From Raillietiella orientalis (Eukaryota): 64,000 bases of DNA. Location of the stretch: the NCBI GenBank assembly GCA_036172245.1, contig JAYWIR010000024.1:1550001-1614000 (forward strand), given 5' to 3'. The notes below the pieces were generated by a model that did no database searches, was not told the DNA's origin, and was given only the letters and a program-made list of their open reading frames with translations. The position numbers and the translations under genes are program-made. Below, piece by piece: positions 50,240 through 62,450 of the stretch. Within the stretch, counting starts at the first letter, position 1. Each line of letters opens with the position of its first letter.

Positions 50240-52365
50240 CTTCCAGGAAGGGCAGAGAGGACTCTTGAGTCCGTTCTTGAGCGCCAGAACGGGTCAGGGC
50301 TCGTTTTCTCCCCTCTCCCGCTTGTGGACCCTGCTGCCCTCCGGTCCGCCTGGGAACACTTCTCCGCAGCCCCCCGGATCCCGGAGACCACGTCTCAGGG
50401 ACTTTGCCAAGTGCCTCTTCGCGCGGGATGCGCTTCATCCCTGGCAGCTGCCTCCTGCCTTCCAGGGATCGCAGCAGCCTGGAGAGCCGCCGAAAGAGTC
50501 CACCACGACATGGACCGCCATCCACTTCGCGACCTTCCTCATGAGGATCGCCGCAAGATAGCCCCATCTGACGAACATTCGAGTGGAACTTGCCCGTCCT
50601 CCTTCAGAAGATTCAGAGGACGCCCTGCATCAAACTGCGAACCCACTCCCCAATACAAGGCTTTATACAGTGGAACCTCGGTACTCGACGGTGTCGGAAC
50701 TCTTCAAACTCAGCACTCGTCGCATTTTGATGAGAAGAAACTCGATGCTCGGAACTCGACATCCTACTCCCATGCTGAAGCACAAGTGAACACTTTCGTC
50801 TCGTGGTAGCTCGTGAACAGCACCGAACACTCCACGGAGTGCCTCCTCCCAGATGGTTCCCTTTTTGTGTGCTTTCTGTGCATTTTAAGCGTTTGTCGTG
50901 GGTCCTAAAATGGTTAAAAATGATACCACGAAGCCTAGGAAGGAACTCATTCGGTACTCGTCGATCTCGGTACTCGTCACGAGTTCCGGAAAGAACCACC
51001 GACGAGTAACGAGGTACCACGGTATTTATCTCTGTATCCCCATTCCCATCATCTTCGTAGGGGACCTTGATGGACGGCGTATTGGCATCTTCTCTTTGAC
51101 AGTTGGACGTGCTACGAGGTAGGGATCTATCACGGCTCTTTGAGTTTATTGCCGTCAATAAACGCAACCGGGCGCCAACAGGCGTGCACTGCTGGCTGCG
51201 AGGAGCTGACGTCCCTGATGCTTCTCAAAGTTTCCCCCACTTACTCTCCCGGCTTCCCCCGAAGCGAACGACCTCCTTGCGAAACGAGGAAGACCCGTTG
51301 CCGATGGTTGGCGGGAGAGCGGTTGGCGCCCGGACTCGCCCGACGACCGCCATCTCCGGAGGAAATTCGTCACGTCTTTGCTGTCTCGAAAGAGTCTCTC
51401 GGGAGCGGAGAACCCAGCGAACGCATCCCCGGCCGCGAGCTGGTCGAACGACGGGGCAGGAGCTCTTCCGAGCTGTGGCAGCCACAACCGAAGTCCTCGG
51501 AGGATGGCACGCACAGCTCGCAGTCCTCAACCACCCTAGGGATGTGCGTGAAAAAGCAGCCCCGTCATCTCAATAACTGAGGTCATCCCCCGTCTTTGTG
51601 TGCGAGCAAGTCTGCCCTCCCCTCTGCGCGACCAACTTCCGCACCGCATGATGGAGGTGAACGCTTCCCCGAATCTTCGGAATGCTCCTGACAGTGGACG
51701 TCGATCTCGATGCTGCTGAGGGACATTGGGAGTCAGGGAGGGGCAGAAGAGCCCCTCGTGCGCAGATCGAGGAACTTCCTGCGACGGTTCTTTTTCGGGC
51801 AGGAGCTGCCCGCAACAGACCTGCTCGAGCCTCCTTCACGCTCCTGGGGACCAGGAGGCCCGAACTGTTCTCGGTCCAGAGCCATTCCCAGACTCGGGAG
51901 CCATCCGCGGCGCCGGCGGCGCTCCCGGAAGCAGCCTTCCGAGGACGCACAGGAGGGCGGAAAGCAGGCCCATCCATCCCTCCGCGGTCCAAGTCCAGCT
52001 ACCCCTGGAACCTGCGCCGTAGCATCTCTGCGAGTAAGGATCTCGAGCCCACCATGCTGCCGCCTCTTCTTCCCGCTGGGAAACGCCGCTTTTCCAAGAC
52101 TGTCTCCATGGGGAATTCTCCGCCACGGACGACCGTGGATGACAAAACAACGGATACCATGGTCACATGTCCGTTGATGGACGTTCCGAAGTTCCATGGG
52201 AAATGCGGACTTGGCTTCGCGTCTTCGAGGACCTCGGCCTCTTTCCTCTCCGATGTAATGGCGTTTCGGGATAAGGAACCAACTCTTGGGGCGATCACCC
52301 TCATCTGCGCGCTCCATGAAGCCATCGACGGTGTCGCTAAGCCGGAAGAAGCGGCAGCACAGTAA
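50240..52365 (+). mobile_element. Decayed LINE ORF2 (APE to RT), interrupted by the Tigger MITE
   Basis: PIIFVGDLD and RGRDLSRLFEFIAVN..APT (APE), GQELFRA...VCEQVCP (linker), and LGFASSRT..FLSDVMAFRDKEPTLG...EAIDGV (RT QxGF...KAFD-like). Left boundary uncertain. Confidence 0.55.
50668..51022. mobile_element. Tigger/pogo-type MITE, second copy (opposite orientation)
   Basis: TIRs cagtggaacctcggtactcg / cgagtaacgaggtaccacgg with TA TSD. Reverse complement of 40214-40570. Confidence 0.9.
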
Positions 52366-52399
52366 CGCGTTCAATTTGCGTGCCCTCCGGTTGAGAAAA

Positions 52400-54700
52400 T
52401 GGAAGACCGTTCCCGCCCTCGGGGGACTCTCCATCGCGTACCATGGAGCTGGTTGATACCCCCTCGGGAGGTTGCCTTCCCAGAGTGTCAGAAGCGCTCT
52501 GTTACCTTCGAGGTTCCCATCAGAGGAGGGAACAGGAAGGGGTTCCCTCGCGGGTTCCCTCCGGAGAAGAAATTTCAGGAGTGTATCCTTTCCGGGTTTC
52601 CTTCGGAGAAGAAATGAATAATGGCCTTCTCCCTTGGGAGGGTTTCTCCAGAGAGAATGAAAAGGTGGTTCCCTTCGAAGCTCCCTTCGGGGTGCCATCC
52701 CAAGAGTGGCCTTCTCCCTTGGGAGGTCCCAAGAGTCCGTAAAAGGACTCCTTCCTCTGGAGTCCTTCCTGGATTCATAGGGTGGTCCTTCCAGGGTGAT
52801 CCTCTCAATTGAAGAGTTAACACACGCCCTCGGCCGGTGTGGAACAGTTCAAAGAGCTTTATGAGCCCCTAGGCGGGCGGTTGTTTAGTGATTGGCGAAC
52901 CAAAAACAAAAGGGTTGAAAGGAAAACAGCGAAACAGCAGAGCAGAATCATGGGGGATAAATCATGGTACTTTTGGGGAACGGTCGCATGTTCGCAAAGC
53001 AATTGAGCAAATATGGACGGTAGCCAATAGAAACAGTCGCTTTGAAAAGGCTGTGAAGGAGAGGAGCAATGCAGGGAGCAGAATTTCCTGGAAGAGTCTC
53101 CAAAATCACAAGAGAAAGAAGATTAAAGAACTGTCTGTGGAAAAAAAAGCTCGAGTTCGACAGAGTTGCTGGAAACCTTCCGCTAAAATTCATTTCCGTA
53201 AAAGCCGTTTTTAGAGAGGAAGTGAATTAGTCACTGCATCCCGAATAAGCAGGAATTAAAAACCGGGAAGAAGGGAGTTGTAATGAGAGCCCCAAGGAAA
53301 AAGGAACTTTCTCTTTTAATTACTCGGCGAAAGCACACAGCCTCCTGAATTCTTTGCGTCCAGTGAAAAAAAAGAAACGAAAGCACGCCGAATAAGAACA
53401 GATGAAAGGCATGAATCAGCGAAGAAATGTGCATTCATAAAAAAGAGCAGTAATAAGAAATTAGGCATTGGACAATGAGCTTCAAGAACGTAGCAAATGT
53501 GTGAGCCCATAGAACAAATGATTATCCAGAGATAGGCATCTAAAGAGAGTTGCGGATCTAAAAGTGAGGAGAGATGGCCTCGGAAGCACACTATCCCATC
53601 TTATAACAATGAAAAGGGTCACATCAGAATTGCATCCAAGAATAAAGATCAAATGATGAGACTGTTATGTTTATGAAGATATAAGTATCTTTGGAAAAGC
53701 TCTCTCTTCAAGCTCTGACATGGTTCTACATATCAGTGGAATTCACTACTACTTATTTACACTGACACAATGGAGTGTTTATCCTACAAGTTTCTTTCAG
53801 GTAATCCTTTCCCGTATCTTCTAAGGCTTCCTTGCAAGCTTGCGTCACATTCAAAGAAAACAGGAAGCTATTTTATGTCTTCAAGCACCAAGAAGTTCCT
53901 CTCTCTGGAATAAAACGTTAATAATTGGAGCATTGTCCGAAAATTGTTCGAAAACGAGATTAAAGTCGTACAACAACTACGCGTGGTCCAGGGTAACCAA
54001 GCAAAATCTACGTCGCATCATAAGGGAGCAAGACAAAGACACCAGTGCCCTCCAGGAAACTGCCTATCGCTACGGGGCCGACACAGCCAACCTGTTGGCG
54101 ATTGGAACCACGATCTGGAGGAGTGAACCTACCGCCGGACACCCAGGATAACCTCCTGATGTTATTGGGCAAATCTCCCGAGCGTGGTAGCACCTAGTGT
54201 TCTACCACGAACGACTTTATTATGGAATTTTTCTGAACAAAAATTTTAATAATAAATACCCCGACACATCCTCCTGACGTTCTTTCACGGAGGAATCCTG
54301 CGCGGGTCCAGAATGAAGTACTTCACAGGAGCAAGAGAAGATGAGGGCTCCAAAGCATGTGGGGATGTGGATACGAGACTTCATGTTCTGAGCTACCCCA
54401 CAATACATCAAGACTGACAGACTCTGAAAAGGGTCATAGGGCTGCAGAACTACTCGCAGATGGAAGTCCTGGCCAAGATGTTTCAGGGAAGCGGGAACAT
54501 CCCTTGTTGCAATCCCATGGTTAGGATGACCACTGCCCTGTTCACCACCGCCATCCTTGTCAGATGGTGGAAGCGGAGGACCGCCAGAACGGCCGTATCT
54601 CCCATGGAAATCTTGAAAGGGATTATCCAAAAATAGATTGGCATACGGAACTGCGGTAGAGTGCCAGCCTGGACATGCCGATATATCCTGAAAAGGATTG
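52400..54700 (+). mobile_element. Decayed LINE (I/Nimb-like): headless 5' module, ORF1 remnant, APE and RT fragments
   Basis: Module body and tail span 52400-52950 and end at an ATG. ORF1-like KRVADLKVRRDGLGSTLSHLITM...HPRIKIK (~53540-53655). APE-like LKSYNNYAWS...IIREQDKDTSALQET (~53960-54060). RT-like WIRDFM..PQYIK (~54365-54412). Confidence 0.65.
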
Positions 54701-57700
54701 AGAACAACGTCCAAGCCCACCCAACCCTTAACCCACCTAAATGCAGAACCTTAGTTCTGTGACTCCCCGGAAGTGAACTTCAATGAGAAAGCAATCAGCA
54801 CTGTTTTAAAATGGAATGAATGAGTTTGTAGGGTGAATGCAAAAAGGAAAATAAAATTACCCCACCCCTTGTGGGATTGGGAAAATTAAAGTTGTAAAAG
54901 AAGCCACATAAAACACACGAAAAGAGGCTAGTCACCAAACTGATTGACCACAGCGTCGTTGGTGCAATTGGTTTCCTGAACACTGTGCGTGCGTGCGTTC
55001 ATTTTTTTCTTCCTTTAGTTCCAACGCTCCTTATGTGATTCTAAGGAAAAGAAAAAAAAACACAGAGTTTAGGTGATTCTTGTTCATTCTGAATAGAAGG
55101 CCATCCATTTAGTTCTCAGGGCTCTTTTGTAGTTTTGGAGCCCTTTCCTTAAAGTGCTCATGGATCATAAGAAAATGGGTTCATGTAATTTGCAGATTCC
55201 TTGTGGAGACCGTTCAACACAAAAAATCATGAAGTTTTTTTTTTTTTATATGTGGAAACAGGACTGAACGTTATCCATGTTACTCCGTCTTTATGTATGC
55301 CAACCTTTCAGAGTCTCTTCAAACCAACAGTTAGAAAATCTTATTATAAAATTCCATTCTCGTTTGTGCTGATTCCCACACAAAAGATCGAACCAAAGCA
55401 AACTTAGGTACTCTATCCCTGGATATACAAAGGCATCATGAGGCCTTAAAGCAAAATTGTTTATTGTCTCGTTGTACATCGTTCACATCTAAGAGTCATT
55501 TGATTCTCTTATCCTACTCTTGTGTTCACAAATTAATGAACTTAATGTCCTCTTGTTTACAAAGCAATTGGTCAGTCATTACTCTCTTTTTAAAACCATG
55601 TCCTTTCCTGAGCTTCTCCCTGTCCGTGTTCACCACACACCTGCCGCCAAAACTGGCAAATCCGAAACAAGTTGGTAGTTTAGTTTGAAGTTGTAAGTTT
55701 CTAAATCAAGGCATCTGGAGAAGAAAAGGGAAAAGAGATTGGAAGAGAAGAGGTGGAGTCGTCTAGGATCTCAGTGGGCACATGGGTAGTCGCATCTCTA
55801 AAAAAAAAAAAAAGAAAGAAAGGAAAGGAACAGATGAGGAGATACAAATAACACTTTTGAATGTTTTCGAATTTCAAGCAATTCGGAAGCATTTTCAGAT
55901 CCTCAAGCATTTCACGAGAAAATCTGGATATGAGAAAATATGGCAAATCTTCCAAATAAGTGGTAAGCATCGAAAACTGAAGACAGGTGACAAGCCCAAA
56001 AGAAGGAAAAGGGTATCGATGTGGGGAATTATTGAAACTCGGTCCCCCCGAAAGCCAGGAAATAAAGCGATCACATTTTATTTCTGCCTAATAGAAGATA
56101 TTCGTTGTTTAGTTACATCATTAGTTATTATTTTACAAGTAGCTAGTACTACATACCACGAGCAGAAAATGGGGGGGGGGGGGGTTCCCTTTAATTTTTG
56201 ACTTGAACATGGTAAAAATTTCCGAAAGACATCAAGCTAGAGAGACTGGGAGATAGGAGACATTAGAGACTCCGCGCTTGCTGATCTTGTGCACTGGTTC
56301 AAAAGTCCAAGGTCCGACTTGATCTGGAAGTTCTCAAAGGCGAGGGTTCACCTTGCTGGGGATGCAGATAACTTGCTAGCAGTCTTGATGTGCTCGGTTT
56401 TCTCTGAAAATTCAGACAACATTTGTTGCTAACATTCATCGTATTAAGTCTTTTCTGCAAAACACACTGATTTTTCCTTCCATTCTCACGTATCCTTGCT
56501 TGAAAGATAGCGACGAACTCTCAGTCTGCAAGGAAACACCAAGCTTTTCATTGCAACGAGGTTCTTCAGTCCTTGAACTGCATTTGTTGAGTTGGCAATC
56601 GAAGGTCTTGTACAAGTGGGCTGAAGATTTACCGAACTTGAGTGTGCCTCCGTGGGTGCAGTGCCACGACGAGCAATTCACCCTTAGGGAAAGTGTTTTA
56701 ATAATTTAGCACTGGTTTGGACCGGTACCAGCATTTTCAGACATTTGCAACTTCCTATGTGCAAATTGTTTGAAACCATGGTCCAACATTTATGGCGCGT
56801 GGTTGCTCATTAAAACTGTATTTGGAGGGAAGTCAATTCTCTGATTTCCATATAAATAGTGGTCCAATAAATGTTCTTGAGTTATTTCAGCCATGGATTT
56901 TCCCATTCAAATTCTGCTGCAGATCTCTCATGACTCGGCAAAAATTCACGTTTTACGATCACTGCATGTATTCACCATCCACAGCAAACTTAAATAGCAT
57001 TTCCTGTAGTTTTGATTTCCACAACTTTTGGGTTCCTGAAGTGCTTATCTTTCGCTATGCATCCCTATTAAGGAAGGAACAGTGTAATCCTTCCTTAAAA
57101 AGAAAACAGCTAATTCTCTGGAAGCTTCAGAACAGATGATGTTTACTAGAACTTTTGCAGATTACATTTCTTTTTCAAGATCTGCCCTTTAGGCTGGGAT
57201 GTTTCTATTCCTGGTCTTTGAGTGCTGTTGACAAACATGCTCTGCCTCTTGGAAGTTACTCAGCAGTAGCTGTCTGCGAGAGACATGATGGTTCCACCAA
57301 TATTTATTATCTCTATTTGATTCAAGAGAGGCGACTTGGTTATAAATTCTTTCTCAGATTTCCATTGTTGTTCCTCTACAGCATCTGATCCTTTTCCAGG
57401 ATTTGACCTTTTTCTCTTGCAAAAGATTTTGAGATTGTCGTCACATCTGTAAATGGGAGAAACATGCCGCTCAAGATTACATGAGAAAGTACGAAAACAA
57501 AAGGGAGAGTTTGTTGATTATGGTTGTCAGCACACATCAGTGGCCAACAGTGGCTTCATAAAGGTCTAAGATGCACTCTTAATGAAGCAACAGCAGATAC
57601 TTGATCATTCCATCACATGCCTTGCTATCTCCTGTAAAGGTTCTCTGCTCTGAAACAAGGAGTAAGAATGTGCATTTCCACTGTTGGTGAGTCAAGATTG

Positions 57701-58979
57701 CATGTTAATTTGGAATTCAATCTCTGGAAGGTTTCAGTATCCCTAGTTTATGGAACCTGCTAATATTTTCTTAGAGCATCCTTGAAAAGCAAAAGCTCAT
57801 TTATGTGATTCATAATGACAAGAGTTTATTGAAGGTAAGCCAAAAGGAACTGCATTCAGCAACAGGAGACTGAGACACTGTGTATTTTTCGTGTTTGCTC
57901 TTAGATTGAACTGATATTCTGCTTACTAAAACTGTTTGAAACATAAGTCAAATGTCAGGTACACCCAAAACAAACAGCTATGAAATGAGACTTCAAATGA
58001 AGTCTTTGTCCAAGATAGTTGAATGCACATTTAGTTAAATGTTAACATTTGTTTAGGATAGAAGCAACAAAATGAAATGGATCTTTGGAAATACAAAATA
58101 TTCAGTTTACCAAAGACCAAAAGTTGCTGGAACGAAGACATTTCTCAAAAGAACACCATCATTCCAGAAATGCATTCAAACAACTGACTTTTACCTGGAT
58201 AGCAAACACTGCAGATAAGCATTTCTATACTCTTCCAGAATCTGATCAATTGTGCGTATTTTGAAAGGGACTAGAAGCTGGGAAGCTGACAAAGTGATAA
58301 ACCAGCTCAGCATGCAATGCCACAAGAGACATGACAGTACTCCTAAACAAATTCATGACTTTGCACGGCCCTTCTGGTTCAGTTATGGTGAACTTTCGAA
58401 AATGAAATTCCTTGATATTCAGGCAAACTTCTACTGATACGTGATAAAATCCCTATTTTGAAAATTTATTAAGCATGGAATGCAAGTTCGATCATCCTCC
58501 CCATGTTGCAATCTCTATAATAAGAAATTCAAGTTACCTTATGAATATTAAAGCTCTACTGAATACTTTTAAACTTAATTAAGATCAAGGAAGTCCACGT
58601 AAACATTTCCATAAGTAACAAGGATGCACACATAATAATGAGTACACATGATGCATTATAATTCGAAATACTCTAGAAAAGAAGTCAGCTAAGGCTATAA
58701 AAACCAAGATATGCAATCTCTGTGTCTTAATGAGGTAGAGTGTCAAGAAATGGGTCTTTGTGAAGTTCACCACTGGTATCCAGTCTTTTCTTCCCACGAG
58801 CACTGTGAACTCGCTGTAGGGTAAATAGTAAATAAATCACTGGATTTCCATTTTTGCTTCTTCCATTTTTCTTTTTCCATCACTGCGAGTTTTATTGGAA
58901 TATTAATTTCTCACAGCCACAAATTATTATTATTATTATTTTTCAAGGCCAGGAGCAACCTCAAGGGGATACTGTTACC

Positions 58980-59210
58980 TAGAACGATGGGCATCCCTTC
59001 TGGGGGTTCTTCCGTTTCGCTGCTTCCTTCCAGCTCTTTCCTTTTTTCTTTCCGGTTTTCCTTTTTTTGGTTCGCTGCGTACTCAGGCACCGGTCGCCTG
59101 CCTGGGGCATCCGTAGAGGCTCGACGATGCCGCCGCCCTCACAACGGTTGCTCCCACAGCCCTTTAAGCACTGTCAACGCCACCCGAGGGTGCGTGTACT
59201 CAGGGGACAG
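58980..59210 (-). mobile_element. 3' tail fragment of the tRNA-headed module
   Basis: Collinear with 14495-14685 (ccttccagct, ttttttggttc, ccggtcgc.tgcct, acgccacccg..agggtgcg.gta). Confidence 0.7.
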
Positions 59211-59214
59211 CCTC

Positions 59215-59320
59215 GAAGCTGTTACTCTACAGAAAAGGCAGAAGAAACCTCAAGACAACGAGCGACCACCCCAACGAATCCAGGAAAGCTCCGAGGATGG
59301 AGTGCCACAAATTATTGGAA
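59215..59320 (+). mobile_element. Inverted RT fragment of the same RTE-like family
   Basis: 59216-59263 is a near reverse complement of 60361-60411 and is followed by DGVPQ (RT GVPQG-like). Confidence 0.55.
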
Positions 59321-59839
59321 GTTGACGACAGTCTGGAACAAGCTGTGGTACAGCTTGGAGATTTGCTCAGTTTCCAGCCATCTTCATGGTGCGCTTTAGA
59401 AGAGGATTGTATTTTCAACTCTCAGATCTGCTTTCTGGTGAACTTTCTACTTTTTCAAAACTGATACGAAAATTGTTTCAAAAGATTGGTCATTTCAAGT
59501 GTATCCTTAAAATCCCCTTGATTTAAGTCTCCACCCCTTATCCCCTCTTGCCCTCCTATAAATTATAGTTAAATTACATCAAAATTTTTTGCGCATGCAT
59601 ATTAACTTTATATCATGATTTTACTTTATACTCATCTCTCAGATGCTTAGAATAATTTTATTCGATTTAATGATGTTATCATATCTCCATGCATGATCAC
59701 ATCATTATGATACGTTCAACTCTCGTTCCTATTTTTCAATGCGAGTATGGAATTTTGAAAAAAGCCCTTAGAAAAATTTTTATAGTATCAGAGATCGTCG
59801 ACACTGAACTTAAGTCTTAATATGAATATATGTTTCTGA

Positions 59840-62450
59840 CTGGTCCATTCTGGGCAATTCTGCTTTCTTGTTCTCTCTCTGACTGGCTTTCCATTTTACG
59901 TATCTGCTCATCGCACATCATAAAATCTTTTGTTCTGTCCCGGCTTTATAATTTTCCCGGGAGAGGTTCGCTCAATCCATGCTCCCGTCTCCTTAAAATG
60001 TCCTTATCCAGGACTCTAAACATGCATTGATGGAAGTGCTCCTTATCCTTGTGGACTTCCTTCTCTCTCCGCATCTTGTTGCTCTGTGTCTGGACCGTAG
60101 GTCAGCTCCTTGACAATGTTCGGGAATTCGTCCTCATGCGAGGATCTGAGCAGCCACCACCTATTATTGAAATCCATCCATGTTTCTATTCTTTGGTAGT
60201 ATACTCTGCCCTATCCTCCTTCAGCAGCATTGTGCTCTTAGTCGGTTGTTTGTTACAACATTTCTTCGTCTTCGTGAACCTTCGATTCGCCATCTTGCAT
60301 TTCCTCTAATTGGCCACTGTCCGAGAGCCGCAGCTTTTCTTCCTTGCTCTTGTTCCACTAGCCGCTTGTTTTCTTGAGGTTTCTTCTTCCTTTTCTGTAG
60401 AGTGATAGCTTATCTTTGCTTTGGGCTTCTAGCGTTCCCTCTTGGTATGCCCCGTTGTCTACAGAACACCTCTTGGGTTTCGTGCAAGAGAAAGCTTGAC
60501 GTCCTTGCTTGACACATTTGTTTACATCTGGCTTCCGGGCATGAAACTTCCCTACAGCCAAATACCATGCAAAAGCGGGGGAAATCTGGTCGATGGTGGA
60601 TAGGTGGCTTGCACGCACGGAGACCAATCATAAAGTTTGATGAGGCTGGGGATTTGGGTACTCCCTTGGAGTTTCATCTCCACGAGAGTCTTCACCAAAC
60701 AGATGTTGAGAAGCGACTTCCTCACTTGCATTTCCGGTAGTTCGCTGTATTGAGAGAATTGTGCTTCCAAACTGCTTACTCGGAAGTGTTGAGGTCGAGA
60801 CCATTTGCCTGTCTTGATCTCAGTGCCTCCTTCTTGCTGATTCCAGTAAGTGTCCTGCCATTAACGTCATTCCTTTTTTTTTTTTTTTTGACGAGTGCAT
60901 CCGGCAGCTCGCCGCAACCGATGCAAAGGAAAAAGCCGTTTGCAAACAGCACGGATGTCTTAATTTTCCCAGAATCCACGTTGTTCCTGTGCAGTGAGAG
61001 ATCAACGTCTTGCCTTGCAGTGTTTTTGTTTGGTCCATTGCTAAACGTCCCTGGACATAACTTCTTATCCGCCTTTGGTATCGGTTCGTCTATTCGTCTT
61101 TAGAGTTTCCAATATGACAGACATCGGGATTTCCGAAGCCGTAAGCATCTGACGTGGCAGTGGCAGGATCTCCGATGCTTCTCGATTTTGCCACAGGACG
61201 CCGCTGTCGTTACGCAAACTGTTTGCTGTGGAAGAGAACCTCGGCTTGATACACCTCTATCGCGGGTATCCTACGGTTTTCTTCAAGTTCATGTTCCATG
61301 ATAAATCCTGTTTTCAGATATGAATTCTCGCATGAAAATTCCAATACTTCATCTACTGAAGCATTTTTAGTCACTCTGATTCGGCCGAAACCATTTTTGC
61401 CTCTACGCAAGTCGCACCCGCTTCAAGAGACTAGAAGTCTTTCACAAAGAAGACCGGAAGATTGTCTATGATCAAGCGAAGAATGCTGTTAAGATTCTCC
61501 ACATCCTGAACCGAGCCTTTGTAGGGAGCACTCGAAAGGATGTGCCTCATTAACCTACCAAATGAGTCCGACAACTTCCCACTTGAGAGTCACCTCGAGC
61601 TGCTGACTGTCGCCTAGTTCCTTCCTCACGGAGATTTCCCATCCCACGCTTTGGTTCTGTCGTGGAAAAGGGAATTCCGACAGTCCCAACGGAAGCAAAT
61701 CTGAGGGAGTTCCTTTCCGGTAATGAAGGCGGAGAGTCTGCGTTCTCCGGAGGAAACAGCAAGAGCTTGCAAACCACGTGGCAGCACTCTAGCATGAATC
61801 CCCCTTCGAAAATGCATCACCGGACATAGTTGCTGGAAACATGACCTTTGATACCTCGATGGTGACGGAATTCACCTCCAGCGTACTTGCACGACACGGT
61901 GATGCATGGCATCGCCTGGTAGAAAATCACCTTTCCCAGGGGGAAGGTGATTTTCTTTCCCTTTGACAACTCTCTGGGGGCTTTTCAATCTGTTCGCAAG
62001 AAGGAAGTAAAATGCCGCAATCTGCCCCCGGAATTGTCTTCCTGGTGCAAGACTTCTGCAAACCGTCGTATGGTCAATCCTGGATGGATCCCAAGGATCG
62101 TCGGATCTTGAGTACGATGGCTACGGGAGCTGAATGTTCTCTCTCTGTATGCTGATAGAAGGAGGAAACTAACGACTTGCTGGAACATTCCGCATATTGG
62201 GAACACTCACTGGACTCATCGTCTCGCACATCGGAGGCTCAGAAGTCTACCTTGAACGCTCACACTGCAGGAAAAATGCCAACGCCCACGGGAGTTTCAA
62301 GACGACCTGGAAGTGGAAAACAGAAACCTCCGCCTCAACGAGGAGCGAAACACCGTAATTCCTTGAGGAAAAGATTGCCGATCCAGCATATCCTTTGTAC
62401 GTTCTTCCTCCAAACTCTAAAAAAACAGTAACTGCATCCACGCTGAGCTT
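59840..62450 (-). mobile_element. Long decayed RTE-like LINE (APE, RT, C-terminal region)
   Basis: In order along the minus strand: GVGIF, GIHARV and GNLREEG.R (APE); SLLNI..KTL, RASHLSTIDQI and RQRGIP (RT); DKDILRR....LPGK..RDRTKDFM (RTE C-terminal G.R.RGRP..F-like). Confidence 0.55.

Noticed and set aside
51733..52698. Longest ORF in the track (321 aa, minus strand)
   Set aside because: It spans the junction between a plus-strand RT relic and the GC-rich module, so it is an antisense, stop-poor artefact with no domain motifs.
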